Assembly (NCBI RefSeq): GCF_004010195.1
Contig: NC_057746.1
Span: 5,729,925-5,793,924 of the forward strand
DNA length: 64,000 bases
Reading direction: 5' to 3'
Origin: Chiloscyllium plagiosum
Lineage: Eukaryota
Shown: positions 48,120 through 61,284 of the stretch, one piece after another
Layout: each line of letters begins with the position of its first letter
Numbering within the stretch: position 1 is the first letter of the stretch
Notes under the pieces: model-generated
The model's input: the letters and a program-made list of their open reading frames with translations, nothing else
What the model was told of the DNA's origin: nothing
Database searches by the model: none
Translations under genes and position numbers: made by a program

Positions 48120-51050
48120 TTTAAGAAAAAGAAGGAATCATATGTCAGTTGTAGACAGCAGAGTTCAAGTAACTCCTGAGAAGAGTATAAAGGCAGTAGG
48201 AGGATACTTAGAGGGAAATTAGGAGAGTGAAATGGGGACATGAGATAGCTTTGGCAAATGGATAAATATACTCAGGACAAAAGGGTAAGTAGGGAGAGTA
48301 TAGGGCCCCTTAAAGATCAGCAAGGCCGCCTATGCGTGGAACTGCAGGAGATGAGGGAAGTACAAAATGAGTACTATGCATCAGTGTTTACTGTGGAGAA
48401 GGATTTGGAAGATATAGAACGTGGGAAAATAAATAGCGACACATTGAAATATACCATATTGCAGAGAAGGTGCTGGATGGCTTAAAATGCATAAAGTTGG
48501 ACAAATCCCTCGCACCTGAGGGGGTGTACCCTAAAATGTCATGGGAAGCCAGGGATGTGATTGTTGGGCCTCTTGCTGAGATATTTGTGTCATCAAAAGC
48601 CAAAGCTGAGGTGCCAGAAGACTGGAGGTTGGTTAATGTGATGCCACTATTTAAGAAAGATGGTAAGGAAAAGCCCGGAAACTATAGACCGGTGAGCCTG
48701 ACAACGTTGTTGGGCAAGTTGTTGGAGGGAATCCTGAGAGACAGGGTTTACAGTATTTGGAAAGGCAAGAACTCATTATGGATAGTCAACATGGCTTCGT
48801 GCGTGGGAAATCGTGTACAAAGAGGATTGGCGAGGGCAGAGCGGGGGTGTAATCTATATATTCAGTAACGCATTCAATAAGGATGCTCATCTAGATTGTT
48901 TAGAAAGGTTAGATGACATGGAATACAGGGAGAACTCACCATTTATATAGAACGTAGAACATTACAGCGCAGTACAGGCCCTTCGGCCCTCAATGTTGCG
49001 CAGACCTGTCAAAATAATCTGATGCCCATCTAACCTACACAGTTCCATTTTTATCCATATGTATGTTAAGTGCCCATTTAAATGCCCTTAACATCGGCGC
49101 GTCTACTATTGTTGCAGGCTGTTACGCGCCCCTGCTACTCTCTGAGTGAAGAAACTACTCCTAATATCTGTCCTAAATGTATTACCCCTCAATTTAAAGC
49201 TATGTCCTCCCATGTTAGCCTTCTCCATCCAAAGAAAAAGGCTCTCACTGCCTACTTATCGAACCCTCTGATTATCTTATATGTCTCAACTAAGTCACCT
49301 CTCGACCTTCTTCTCTCCAACAAAAACAGCCTCAGTTCCCTCAGCCTTTGCTCATAAGACTTCCCTTCCATACCAGGCAACATCGTAGTAAATCTCCTCT
49401 GAACTCTTTCCAAAGCTTCCACATCCTTCCAATAATGTAGTGACCAGAATTGCACAGTACTCCAGGTACGACCTTATCAGTGTCTTGTACAGCTGAAGCA
49501 TGACCTTATGGCACCAAAACTCAATTCCTCTACCAAGTGGGCGGCACGGTGGCAGCGCCGGAGACCCGGGTTCAATTCCCGCCTCAGGCGACTGACTGTG
49601 TGGAGTTTGCACATTCTCCCCGTGTCTGCGTGGGTTTCCTCCGGGTGCTCCGGTTTCCTCCCACAGTCCAAAGATGTGCAGGTCAGGTGAATTGGCCATG
49701 CTAAATTGCCCGTAGTGTTAGGTAAGGGGTAAATGTAGGGGTATGGGTGGCTTGCGCTTCGGCGGGTCGGTGTGGACTTGTTGGGCCGAAGGGCCTGTTT
49801 CCACACTGTATTCTAATCTAATCTAATCAATGTCAACACACCATATGTCTTCTTAATAACCCAATAAACCTGGCTGGCAACTTGCAGAGATTTATGCACC
49901 TGGACATCGAGATCTCTCTGTTCATCTACATTGCCAAGAATTTTACCATTAGTCCAGTACTCTGTTCTTGTTATTTCTTCCGAAGTGAACAACCTCACAT
50001 TATTCTGCATTAAACTCCATTTGCCACTTCTCAACCCCGCTCTGCATCTTATCAATGTCCTTCTGATGGATAAAGAAGTGGCTCGAAGGTGGACACGCAA
50101 ACGGCTGCTGCAACAGTAGTAGACTCACCAACATTAAGGGGGATGAATTTACGTTGCAGATTTGTATTTGCAGATAAATTGTATTTTGTTCAAAAAGCAC
50201 ACAATCTGTCAGTAGTCCATCCATGTGATATTTTATAAGTTCCGATAGAACCAGTCTGACTCAAGATCGGGATAAAGACAGACTCTGACCAGACTCACAC
50301 CTTTAATGCCTTGTCGGAGCTGAGATGTCACCATTTTTATTCTGATAAAACATTAAGTTATCTCAGGACTGTGACTTGTAAGAAGTTAGGGATTTATACG
50401 TTAGTGAATTGAAACCTCCACCCGCATTCTATGTGATAAAAGACTTAACAATAATCTAGGTTTGTTCAATACACCGCATCAGTTGTATGACACTTTGATC
50501 TTTTCCTGTAAATTCTGTGTCCTATTATCCTGCCCCACTAGCAACCTGACAGAGCAGCACTCTGAAAGCTTGGACTATAGCCTGGTGTTGTGTGATTTTT
50601 AACTTTGGAGATAGAAGACAGAGTGTGATGGTAGAGGATTACTTTTCAGACTGCAGGCCAGTGACCAGTGGTGTGCCACACAGATTGGTGCTGGGTTGAC
50701 TCCTTTCTGTCATTTTTTTAGTTGTTGTGGATATGAACAGAGGAGGTATAGTTAGTAAGTTTGCAAATTACACCAAAATTGGAGGTGTACTGGACAGCAA
50801 AGGGGTACAGTTAGGGTAAGTAGTCAAGATCTTTTCCCCAGAGTGGGCGAGTGTTGCCTTGATGAAATGAGCTGCCAGAGGAAGTGGTAGAGGCTGGTAC
50901 AATTACAACATTTAAAACGCATCTGGATGGGTATTTGAATAGGAAGGGATTAGAAGAATGTAGGCCAAATGCTGACACATGGGACTAGATTTATCTAGCA
51001 TATCTGGCCTGCATGATGAGTTGAACCGAAGGGTCTGTACATCTCCATGA
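48120..51050. mobile_element. Nested stack: CR1(+) interrupted by CR1(-, 48946-50065) carrying an HE1 SINE (49538-49826), and by PLE family B (50070-50607)
   Basis: PEDWRLVNVMPLFKK..NYRPVSLT (+); QFWSLHYWKDVEALERVQRRF (-); host RT resumes near 50610. Confidence 0.85.
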
Positions 51051-52655
51051 CTACTCTACTTGCTCCTCATAATGTGGTTACCTCCACTTTGAGACGATGG
51101 AATTCAGGCTGGACAACCACTTTGCAGAACACTGATGTTCTGTCAGTACATATGATCCCAAATTTTCAATTGCCTGCCACTTCAACACACCATCGTATTT
51201 CCATGCTGATCTCTCTGTCTTGAGCAGCAGTGCTCCAATGAAACTCAGCATGAACTGGAAGAACAGCAGCTCATTTTCTATTTGGAAACACCGCAGCCTT
51301 CAGGACTCAATATTGAGTTCACTAGTTGTAGGGCCTGACCACCTTATTCCATGTTCTTCCCCAATACACACACATCAGGCCTTGTCATCACTCGGGCTGG
51401 TTTCACCACAGCCAACCTATTTTCACCCCCTAATGGACCCCATTAGAGGCTTTTTTTTTAACTTGCCAGATTGACCTTTATGTTTCTTTGTCTGTCCAAC
51501 TGCTGTTCTCTCTTTTTGGGTTCCATCTCTCCCTCTTATTTACTTCTTCCCCTCTTCCCCCCAAGGAGAAAGTGAGGATTGCAGATGCTGGAGATCAGAG
51601 TAGAAGAGTGTGATGCTGGAAAAACACAGCCAGTCAGGCAGCATCCAAGGAGTAGGAGAGTCGACGTTTTGAACATAAGCCCTTCATCATGAATAAGGGG
51701 GTGGCCCAACAGGGCTGAGAGTTAAATGGGAGGGGGTTGGGGCTAAGGTAGCTGGGAGTGCAATACGTAGGTGAAGGTGAGGGTGAAGGCGATAGGTCGT
51801 AGAGAAGGGTGGAGCGGATAGGTGGGAAGTAGGATGGATAGGTAGGACAGTACCAAATTGGAAGTTGGATTTCTTACCTGCACTTCCACATGTCATCTAC
51901 TGTGTCCATTGCTCTCAATGTGGTCTCCTGTACATTGGGCACTCAGGATGCCAACTTGCAGAGCATTTCAGAGAACATCTCTGGACACCTATACTAGACA
52001 ACCCCATCACCCTATGGCCAAACACTTCAACTCTCCCTCCCACTCTGCCAAGGACATGCAAGTCTTGAGTCTCCTCCAGTGCCAAACACTAACCACCCAA
52101 CGCCTGGAGGAAGAGTGCCTCATCTTCTACCTTGAGACCCTCCAACCGCACAGGGTCAATGTAGATTTCACCAGTTTCCTGATTTCCCCTCCCCCCACTT
52201 TATCCCAGATCCAATCTTCTAACCCAGCCCCACTGTATTGAACTGTCCTATGTATCCACCTTCCTTCCTAGCTATCTGCTCCACCCTGCTTTCTGATCTA
52301 TCACCTTCACTCTGACCTTCAACTATCACACTCCCACCTACCTTCGCCCAGCCCACCTATCTCCCATTTATCTCTCAGCCCTCTTGGGCCTCCCCCCTCA
52401 TTCCTGATGAAGAAGTTATGCTCGAAACATCGAATCTCCTGCTTCTTGGATGCTGCCTGACTGGCTATGCTTTTCCAGCACCATGCTCTTTGAATGCCCC
52501 CCCCTCCCCCCAACCAATCCTTATTTTCAGCATGTATACCAACCTTTTCCTATCAGTCCTGATGAAGAGATTACTGGAGCCAAAACATTGACACTGCTTT
52601 CTCTCCACAGATGCTGCCTCACCTGCTGAATTTCTCCAGCTATTTCTGCTTTTGT
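51050..52655. mobile_element. Nested, partly inverted Penelope-like fragments with hammerhead relics
   Basis: VIYCVHCSQCGLLYIG (GIY-YIG); terminal repeats at 51565-51870 (-) and up to 52490 (+); hammerhead relics near 51660, 52403 and 52555. Confidence 0.85.
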
Positions 52656-53604
52656 TTGCCCTAATCTTAATGCCGTGGCCCTTGTTCTACACTATCACCA
52701 GAGGAATTTCTTTCTAGTTACTTGTTCAACTCATTGATTTTTAATACCTCAATTGGATCTTAATTTTAAACATTCAACAGAATGAAACCTCAGGTCTCTG
52801 CAACTTGTGCTCTCATTTAATCCTTTTAGCCTCAGGAACATTGTGCTAAATCTACATTGCACTCCGTTCAAAACCAGCATATCCTTCCCGAGGTGCAGTG
52901 CCCAGAACTGAACACAGTTCTCTATGTAGGATATAAACAGCTCTGGAAAGTTGGTACATAGCTTCCATGTGGACACAATTAGTTTTGGGGAGGAGAAGTT
53001 GTGGATTATGTTTTCTGTTCAGCATGGTCCTGCAGTAACCTACAGTTTTTTGACAGAGGAAAGCAGGACTGCTAATGCTTGATGTGGTCCAGTCAGATGC
53101 TTAAATGAGTTGTGTACCAGATACACCCAAAGCCTGACATTTCAGACTCCAGAAGCATAGCGATCAACCAGGAAGAAAATAAAATTAAACAAAAAACCAT
53201 GGTCACTGAACTCAAAATCTTAACTCTGTTATCTCTCCACAGATGCAACTCGACGTGAGTTTATCCAGCAATTTCCGTTTTTGTTTGTTTCAGGAAAAAA
53301 ATTAAGGTAATTTCGAGAGCAACCAGATTTTAGGGTGTATATAAGGGAAATGGTTAAACCAGATTGACAACTGCAGAAGCATTGTGGGGAATGGATTGCT
53401 AAAGGGCAGAGATCCTCGGAATTAGAAAGTACTGTCCAAATCATCCAGGGGAAGAGGGTCTTCCAGAAATGGGAACTGATTGATCCATTACACATGTGAC
53501 CTCTATAACCATTGTTTGGATTGTATGATGGGAACGAGCTCCAGCCAGTGTCACTAATGTTTAGTGTCATTTCTAACCATTGAAATTGGGAGCCAGAGTA
53601 AATC

Positions 53605-56600
53605 AGAGAATCAGAGAGTCCTACAGTATGAAGACGGATCCTTTGGCTCAAACTGGTCCATGCTGATCAAAATGTCCATTCACGCTCACCCTATTTCCCT
53701 GCACTTGGCCCATATCCTTCTAAACCTTTCCTTTCCATGTATATGTCGAAATGCTTTTTTAAATGTTGATAATGTGTCTACCTCAGACCACTTATGCTGG
53801 CAGCTCATTCAAGAGGTGTAACACCCTCTGTATAAAAAAGTTCCCTTTCATTCTTTCCCCTCCAACCTTACACTGATGCCCTCTAGTCCCCAATTCTCAA
53901 CCCTAAGAAAAAAAGACTGCGCACATACACCCTATCAATGCCTCTCATGATCTTATACACTTCTATAAGATGCCCACCTCAGTCTCCTACACTCTAAAGA
54001 ATCCCAGCTTGTCCAACCTCTCCCTATAACTCCGTCCCTTGAGTCCTGGCAACATCCTTGTAAATTTCTTCTGCACTCTTTCTCGTTTAATAACATCCTT
54101 CCTATAGCACTATGATCTTGAAAAAACTTCTATCTGTGCTATTCTGAGACTTTCTCAAGATGTGATTGTGTGTGTTAGTAAAATGCACCAGCTTTCAGGT
54201 GTGGGTATGGGGTAGAATCAGATCCTGCTTTAGTTGGGGATGTGAATGATAGACAGATCCTCTTCAGGGCCAATGGGCTGAGGAGTGGCAGATGGAGTTT
54301 AGTTTCGATAAATGTAAGGTGCTGCATTTTCAGAAAGCAAATCTTAGCAGAACTTATACACCGTGGGCGGCACGGTGGCTGTGGGCGGCACGGTGGCACA
54401 GTGGTTAGCACTGCTGCCTCACAGCGCCAGAGACCCGGGTTCAATTCCTGCCTCAGGTGACTGACTGTGTGGAGTTTGCACATTCCCCCCGTGTCTGCGT
54501 GGGTTTCCTCCGGGTGCTCCGGTTTCCTCCCACAGTCCAAAGATGTGCAGGTCAGGTGAATTGGCCATGCTAAATTGCCCGTAGTGTTAGGTAAGGGGTA
54601 AATGTAGGGGTATGGGTGGCTTGTGCTTCGGCGGGTCGGTGTGGACTTGTTGGGCCGAAGGGCCTGTTTCCACACTGTAAGTAATCTAATCTAATCTAAT
54701 CTAATCTAATCTTAATGGTAAGGTCCGAGGGAGTGTTCCTGAACAAAGATACCTTGTAGTGCAGGCTCATAGCCTGGGTTGGAGGAGTCCAGAACTAGAG
54801 GGAATAGGTTTAGGATGAGAGGGGAACGATAGAGGGGAAAGAGACCTAAGGGGCAACTTTTTTCTGCAGAGGGTGGTACGTGTATGGAATGAGCTGCCAG
54901 AGGAAGTGGTGGAGGCTGGTACAATTGCAACATTTAAAAGAATAGAAAGGGTTTAGAGGGATATGGGCTGGGTGCTGGCAGTTGGGACTAGATTGGGTTG
55001 GGATATCTGGTCGGCATGGACGAGTTGGACCGAAGGGTCTGCTTCCATGCTGTATATCTCTATGACTCTCTAAGTGAGGGTGTTTGACTTACCAAGGGGA
55101 AAGTCTGCACTCTCCTGTCTGGGAGGACAACTACCTTGAGTATGGGGAGGGAGGGGGAGGAGACAGGGAAGTGAATTTTGACAGACCTTATTTCTCTTAG
55201 GCAATCGTATCTTGATATAATACAAAATGATTTGTTCACCTTACACTCTTCCAAGATTCATTTCAAGTTCTGGGAAAGATCTTGAATTATTTTCAAATGT
55301 TTTGTTATTTTCATTAATTTCAACTTTGCTTCACGTTGAATATTGATTTGTTGTTTTCCTGTTATTTTATGAATCCTCTGTGTCCATTTGTAATTCTCAG
55401 TAAATTAAATTTTGAATTCATCTAATCTACCTGACCTGTCAGCCTGGTGTCTTCCTCTTCACTGAAACACTCCGGATCCTACAGTTAGAATGTTGTACAC
55501 GACATATTGGTCGATGTCACTGTGGTCTGGGATATTTCTCCATCAATGTGTTTATAATTGCCATTCAAAGGAAGCAGAACCTTTCCTGAAGTCAGAAGAA
55601 AAGACTTACATTTATAAATCATCATCAACCACAAATTAAGCTGTTGGAAAGCAGCATCTCCTCTAGTTCAGTGCTTTGAGAATGAAGCGACTCTTGTAAT
55701 GTCACAAACATTTTGTTAAGAGCAAGTTCCCACCATTCCCAAATTGCTGAAGACCAGACATTTTTTTTGTGATGTTGCTTAGAGTTCATATTGTACTGGA
55801 AACCAAGTCAAGTCCCAAGGCTATGTCCAAAACACTTTGTCCCCTGTAAACTGACAGCCTGAAAGTCTGATTCAATATAAAGTGGTACCTAGTTTGAGTT
55901 GCATGTGTCAGTGCTGTCTTTGTGTCTGGGTTCCTAAGCAGTGAATGATGGTAAAGTCCCTGGTGTCAGAAGAAGTGAAACTGATGTAGAGAAGTCAGTA
56001 GACTCCAGGATCGAGGGGTGGCAAATTGAGTTTAATTTTTTAAAACATGTGAGGTGTTGTATCTTGATAAGGCAAACCAGGGCAGGAATTATACTGTTAA
56101 CTGTAAGGCCTGGGGTGTGTTGCCAATTGAAGAAAGCTAGGGGTGCAGGTGCATAGTTCTTTGGAAGTGGAGTCATAGATAGACAGGGTTGTGAAGAAGA
56201 TGTTTAGAATGCATGCCTTCTTTTGTCAGAACATTGATTATGGGATGTCATGTTGCGGCTGTACAAGACATTGGTTAGGCCACTTTTGGAATACAGCATA
56301 CAATTCTAGTCACCCTTCTATAGGGAGGATGTTGTTAAACTTGAGAAGATGCAGAAAAGAGTTACAAGGATGTGGCTAGGACTGGAGTGTTTTGAGTTAT
56401 AGGGAGGAGCTGAATCAGCTGGGGTTTTTTTCTCTGGAGCGTTGGAGGCCGAAGGGTGACCTTATGATGGTTTATAAAATTACAATGGGCATAGATAGGG
56501 TGAATACCCAAGGAGTTTTTTTCCTGAGGTGGAGGAGTCCAAAACTAGAGGGCATAGATTACAGGTGAAAGGGAAAAGATTTAAAAGATCTGAGGTATCA

Positions 56601-56825
56601 CTTTTTAACACACAGGGTGGTACATGTATAGAACATGCTGACAGATGAGGTAGTGGAGGCAGGTACAATTACAATATTCAAAAGGTATCTGGACTGGTAT
56701 ATGAAGAGGAAGGGTTTAGAGGAATAGAGTCCAAATGCTGGCAATGGGACTAGGTTACGTTGGGTTGTCTGATTGGCGCATATGAGTTGGACAGAAATGT
56801 CTCCTTCTGTGCTGTATGATTCTAA
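53605..56825. mobile_element. Cluster of CR1 3' fragments (53605-54110 -, 54260-55070 +, 56005-56825 +)
   Basis: Typical RT C-terminal and 3'UTR sequence (tggaatgagctgccagaggaagtggtggaggctggtacaatt). Confidence 0.82.
54363..54711 (+). mobile_element. HE1/V-SINE, full-length young copy with duplicated 5' end
   Basis: gtgggcggcacggtggc occurs twice; A/B-box head; (TAATC)6 tail; inserted in a CR1. Confidence 0.95.
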
Positions 56826-58719
56826 GCTACCGACTAGGCATCGATAGAGAATCCTCACATCGAGCAAAATCCCAAATATCCTCAATCCCACTGGCTCAAG
56901 TTCAGCCACACTCCAGAATAACTGACTGCTGACTGTAAGTCCATGGTGTTCCTCAATGACACTGGTCAGCAGCCTGTCCTCCTGCTGTGACTGTAGAATT
57001 GTCCCAATTATAAATCCGTTGGGACCATGGTACACTTTCCCAGAACTAGAGGACAACAACCCTCCTCCTCAAAACCCCCAGCATACTTATTGACCCAGCC
57101 CTACTCCTAAACTCAGTTTCCATTGATATTCAGGTCAGTAATACAGGTGCTTGAGAGATGGGGGCAGGATGAGTCTTGATCTTGATCTGGGTGTCTGTGG
57201 CCCGGATTAATCCGACACTTATTTTGATGGTGTTTTACTCTGTAACCCGTGTTCTACCTTCTCCATGATGTTTGATGGCACAGTATCAATGTGGAGCAGT
57301 TATTCCATCCTTAGATGAACCTACACCTCCCTCTTATACTCTGAAATCTATAGTTCAGCCTGAAAGTGCAGAAAATTAACACTGTTCACAACTTCACTCT
57401 CCAACAGTTTATTGTATGATTCATAAACACACAAACATCAGTTCCCTGCTCCTTTTTTGAGTTAATTCAATATCAAACTCATACTCTATTCCTAGAAAGT
57501 CTGAGCTGTAGTCTCACTGTTCATCCTTGAACTGCTGTTTCTGAAAATTTGCTGCTTTAATTCTTGCTGTTCCTTTAGCTTTGTTGTTCTGTTTGAATTC
57601 ATCCAATCTCCTTCTTAAACTGATTTTCAATGAAGCTCTACACTGTGTAGTGCTGCAACTGCTGCTTTTACTGTTGTCTGTTTCTGGGGTCGTTGGTCTC
57701 TTGCTACTGCCACGACCACACTTCCTGCTAAACACACATTTTGTGAAACCGACAAAAGAGCACAAACACATCCCCAAATCTGTGTCATCTGACATATTGT
57801 AACAGTCTCAAATCCTGATTCATGACCAGTCCATTAACATATGAAACTTGTTTTGATTTAGAAGACCCTGGTTATCAGATTAGGTTAATTTCACTTGAAA
57901 CAGCAAGTTTTCTGTGATGAATGTTTCCAAGGAATATGGAGCACATTCAGATGTGGTGGCTCCATGCAGCTCATTGACTTGTTGTTATTTACAGTTCTGC
58001 AGGGTAGTCAGAGGAGTTCAGTGGTTGGGTCAATCATTGAACTGGATAGGTGCACATTCATTGTGTAGTCTGAGGCTTCATTCACTATCTCGTGACTGGT
58101 CAATTGAAAACATCAGTCATTGTGTTTGCCAGGTTCGCAAGGTACCACAGAATGCTGGCAGGATGATTTGGCCAATTTATGAAAATTATTCATTCCAAAA
58201 TTGCCTTTTTACTCCCAGTGTGTATTTTTTGGCTTTTAAATGTTGACTTATTTTAAGATGAATTTTTTTGCTGAACGCTCAATTGCAATCTTCATTTTAA
58301 ATGTAGAGAAGTGATTCCTTCAGGTTTGTATCCAAGTGTTTCAAAATGTTTCTGACTCTATCATCTTTTCAGACAGTCAACTCCAGAGCGTCAGCACCCT
58401 TTGGTGAAAAACACTTATCCTCAAATCTCCTCTAATCCTGACTTGAATCTATTAACTTTAAATCTCTGCACTCTGGATACTGACTTCTTTGCTCAGAGAA
58501 GTAAGCTTGAAACAATCCCACGAGCTGCCTATGCCACTTCCTTCCCTTCCACTTGTCTCCTTAGACAAACTTGCATTAATGCTCCCTCCTGTCCTAGCTC
58601 TGAATTCACACTGTTCTCTAGTTTCTCTTCCTTCTTCCCTTCAAGAGATCCATCTCCGAGTGGATTCACTGATGTTCCAGCATTAAAATAAGACTCGCAT
58701 CAGAAGAGTTTCTCAGTGT

Positions 58720-59570
58720 CTGTGTACAGGGGGACCAGAAGATTGTGTGAAAGCCTCAACACACATCTCCCATCCGAATTGTTTCTTTCCAGCATGGATC
58801 CACTGATGCTTTTGAAGACTGGGGACGTTGGTGGAAGTTTTTTCACAAATCATATTTGAAAGTTTACTCCCCTCCATAAGTCCTCTGGTATTCCAGAAGA
58901 GCTGAAGACATGACAAAATCTTAACCATAAACCTCACAGTTAAATTGTTACTCAGTGTGTGAATTATCTAATGGAGCAGGAGGTTCAATGGCTGTGAGCA
59001 TAATTTATCACCCACCTTACACTTGAATGTATCTTGCCTCTGTGGATGCTTAGATGTGTGTGGAGGTGCAATTACAAAAAGAATAATTTGACACACACTA
59101 CCAGTGAATGGTTCGTCCCTGTCGAGAAAGTGTTGATATCTGTGAAGAGTTAATGAATTTGACAACAATTTGTTACATCTGACACGCTTAAACAGCTTTT
59201 CCCCAGTGTGACTGCGCTGGTATTTGCACAACTCTAACGTAAGGAAAAAGTTTTCCGATTCATCTCACAAATGAAGGGATTGTGCTCCATATGAATGTAT
59301 TAGTATGCACAGATGGTCAATGATGCCGAAGAACTGAAATAATCTCTCCTGTATTCACTGAGTTGGTCTGAGTGGACATTTGATAGTCTCGAGATGGATT
59401 TCTCACACCCCTCATGCCTGAAGAGTTGCTCCTGTGTGAATCTTCTGATGGAACAGGAGGGTCAAAGGCCTCGAGAAGGGTTTGTTGCATACATCACATG
59501 TGTGAGTGCATCTGTGTTTGTGGAAAGCCAATAAATTACAGAATATTTGTCATGTACAGTGCCTGTTGAT
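58720..59570 (-). pseudogene. Decayed C2H2 fingers downstream of ZNF gene B
   Basis: YQRSHTGEKLFKRVRCNK, QKHQWIHAGKKQFGWEMC, catcagaagattcacacaggag; frameshifted. Confidence 0.75.
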
Positions 59571-59572
59571 GG

Positions 59573-60172
59573 TTACTCGCCTTTGTGAATACATCGGTGT
59601 CTGCGGAGGTGTGATAACTGTGAGAAAGATTTGTCGCATACCTTGCACGTGAATGGTTTCTCCCCTGTGTGAATGCGTTGGTGTGCATGGAGGGTTGATG
59701 AATTGGTAAATGACTTGTCACATATGTCACATGTGAATGGTTTTTCCCGAGTGTGAATGCGTTGATGTCCGTGGAGTGTGGATGAGTGTGAGAATGATTT
59801 GTCACACACCTTGCAGGTGAATGGTTTCTGTCCTGTGTGAATGCGCTGGTGAACACGAAGGGCTGAAGAAGTAGAGAATGATTTGATGCACACCTTGCAC
59901 GTGAATGGTTTCTCTCCTGTGTGAATGCGCTGGTGTTCAAGGAGACCCCACGACTGTAAGAATGATTTGTCACACACATCACATTTAAAGGGTTTCTCCC
60001 CTGTGTGAAGCTGTTGGTGTCTGCGGAGGGTTGATGAGTACAAGAATGTTTTGTCACACACCTCACACTTGAATGGCTTCTCACCAGTGTGAATATATTG
60101 ATGATTCACAAGTGTCATTGGCATTGTGAAGGCTGGATCACAAACCTCACACTTCAGTGACTTCTCTTCCAT
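59573..60172 (-). CDS. C2H2 zinc-finger protein B, 7 tandem fingers
   Basis: MEEKSLKCEVC... seven CxxC/HxxxH repeats with TGEKPF-type linkers; paralogous terminal-exon acceptor (ttttacag) at 60795; true start uncertain. Confidence 0.85.
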   Translation of the reverse strand: MEEKSLKCEVCDPAFTMPMTLVNHQYIHTGEKPFKCEVCDKTFLYSSTLRRHQQLHTGEKPFKCDVCDKSFLQSWGLLEHQRIHTGEKPFTCKVCIKSFSTSSALRVHQRIHTGQKPFTCKVCDKSFSHSSTLHGHQRIHTREKPFTCDICDKSFTNSSTLHAHQRIHTGEKPFTCKVCDKSFSQLSHLRRHRCIHKGE

Positions 60173-61284
60173 GAAGCTGTTGCTGTACAACAAATGCACC
60201 TTATGTGATAAGAGACTTTATGAAACCCAGGGGCCCTCTTCATACACTTGAACTGTCTCTCATCTGGAGGAATGAGTCAGTGGCTCACAAGGCTCGATGA
60301 ATGATTAAAGCTCTCACTACACTTGGAGTCACTCACACTTCTTCCCAGCCTCACCGTAACCGATCATTCACGGGGCAGCTTCTCCTGTTTGACAGGCTGA
60401 GTAGTAACAAGATTCTGCTACTGTGAGCTGCACCAGGAGAGTCGGAAGCTGCTCGCTTTTGGATTTTCTGGACTTGCACTGGTATCCTTTTTGAAGTATG
60501 GAGATTTGATTATTTTTCATTTCATTTCATCAAGATTTCCTATATTTGTTGAACCTGGTTCTAATGGAAGGCTCCTCACGGCTGACAAGTTTCAGATCTG
60601 ATATGTCAAAGCTCCCCTGACCCAACCTATTTCCAGATGATGGTTTAAATGCCCAACTTTCTCTGTATTGACCAATGTTCTGAAAGGATTGGATGTCTTC
60701 CCACAGTTGTACAATTGTTCCATGTGTGAGAATCAAGATCCATCTGCCATGTCTATCCTCTCTGTATTTTCCAGTATAGCATGGTGCATTCCATCTGTAA
60801 AACAGGGAAAGGAAACATGATTTCTTCTAACTCTATCTTACCCTTAATGAAAGAGCCAAAATTTCATACTATTTTTAAAAAATTCATATTTTCCCCAGAA
60901 ATGGGTGTAGCTGACTGGCCTGACTAATATTTGTTGCCCATCTACGTTTCCCCTTCAGCAGGTGGTGCTGAACCACCTACTTGAATCATGACAACCTATT
61001 GTATTGGAAGTTGAAGGGACACTGAGTGCTGTTATCAAAGTAGATCCAGGATTTTGTTGGGCAACTTTAAGGAGAACTTATAGCAGGTGAGTTTCCTCTG
61101 CATCTGCTGCCCTTGTCCTTGTAGCTGCTGGAATTCACAGGTTTGGAAGAAACTTTGGAAGGAGCATTGTGCGAGTTACTGCAATGCTTGGTATGAATGG
61201 TTTACACTGATATCTCTGTGCATTGGTTGTGAAGGGAGTGAATTTGGAAGTGTTCGACAGGCTACCAATCAAACAGGCAGTTTA

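Noticed and set aside
57514-57795. 93-aa basic ORF (..SLRRRLDEFKQNNKAKG..)
   Set aside because: No recognisable domain or exon chain; probably lies in the ZNF B 3'UTR (candidate AATAAA near 57410); needs BLAST to exclude a retrocopy
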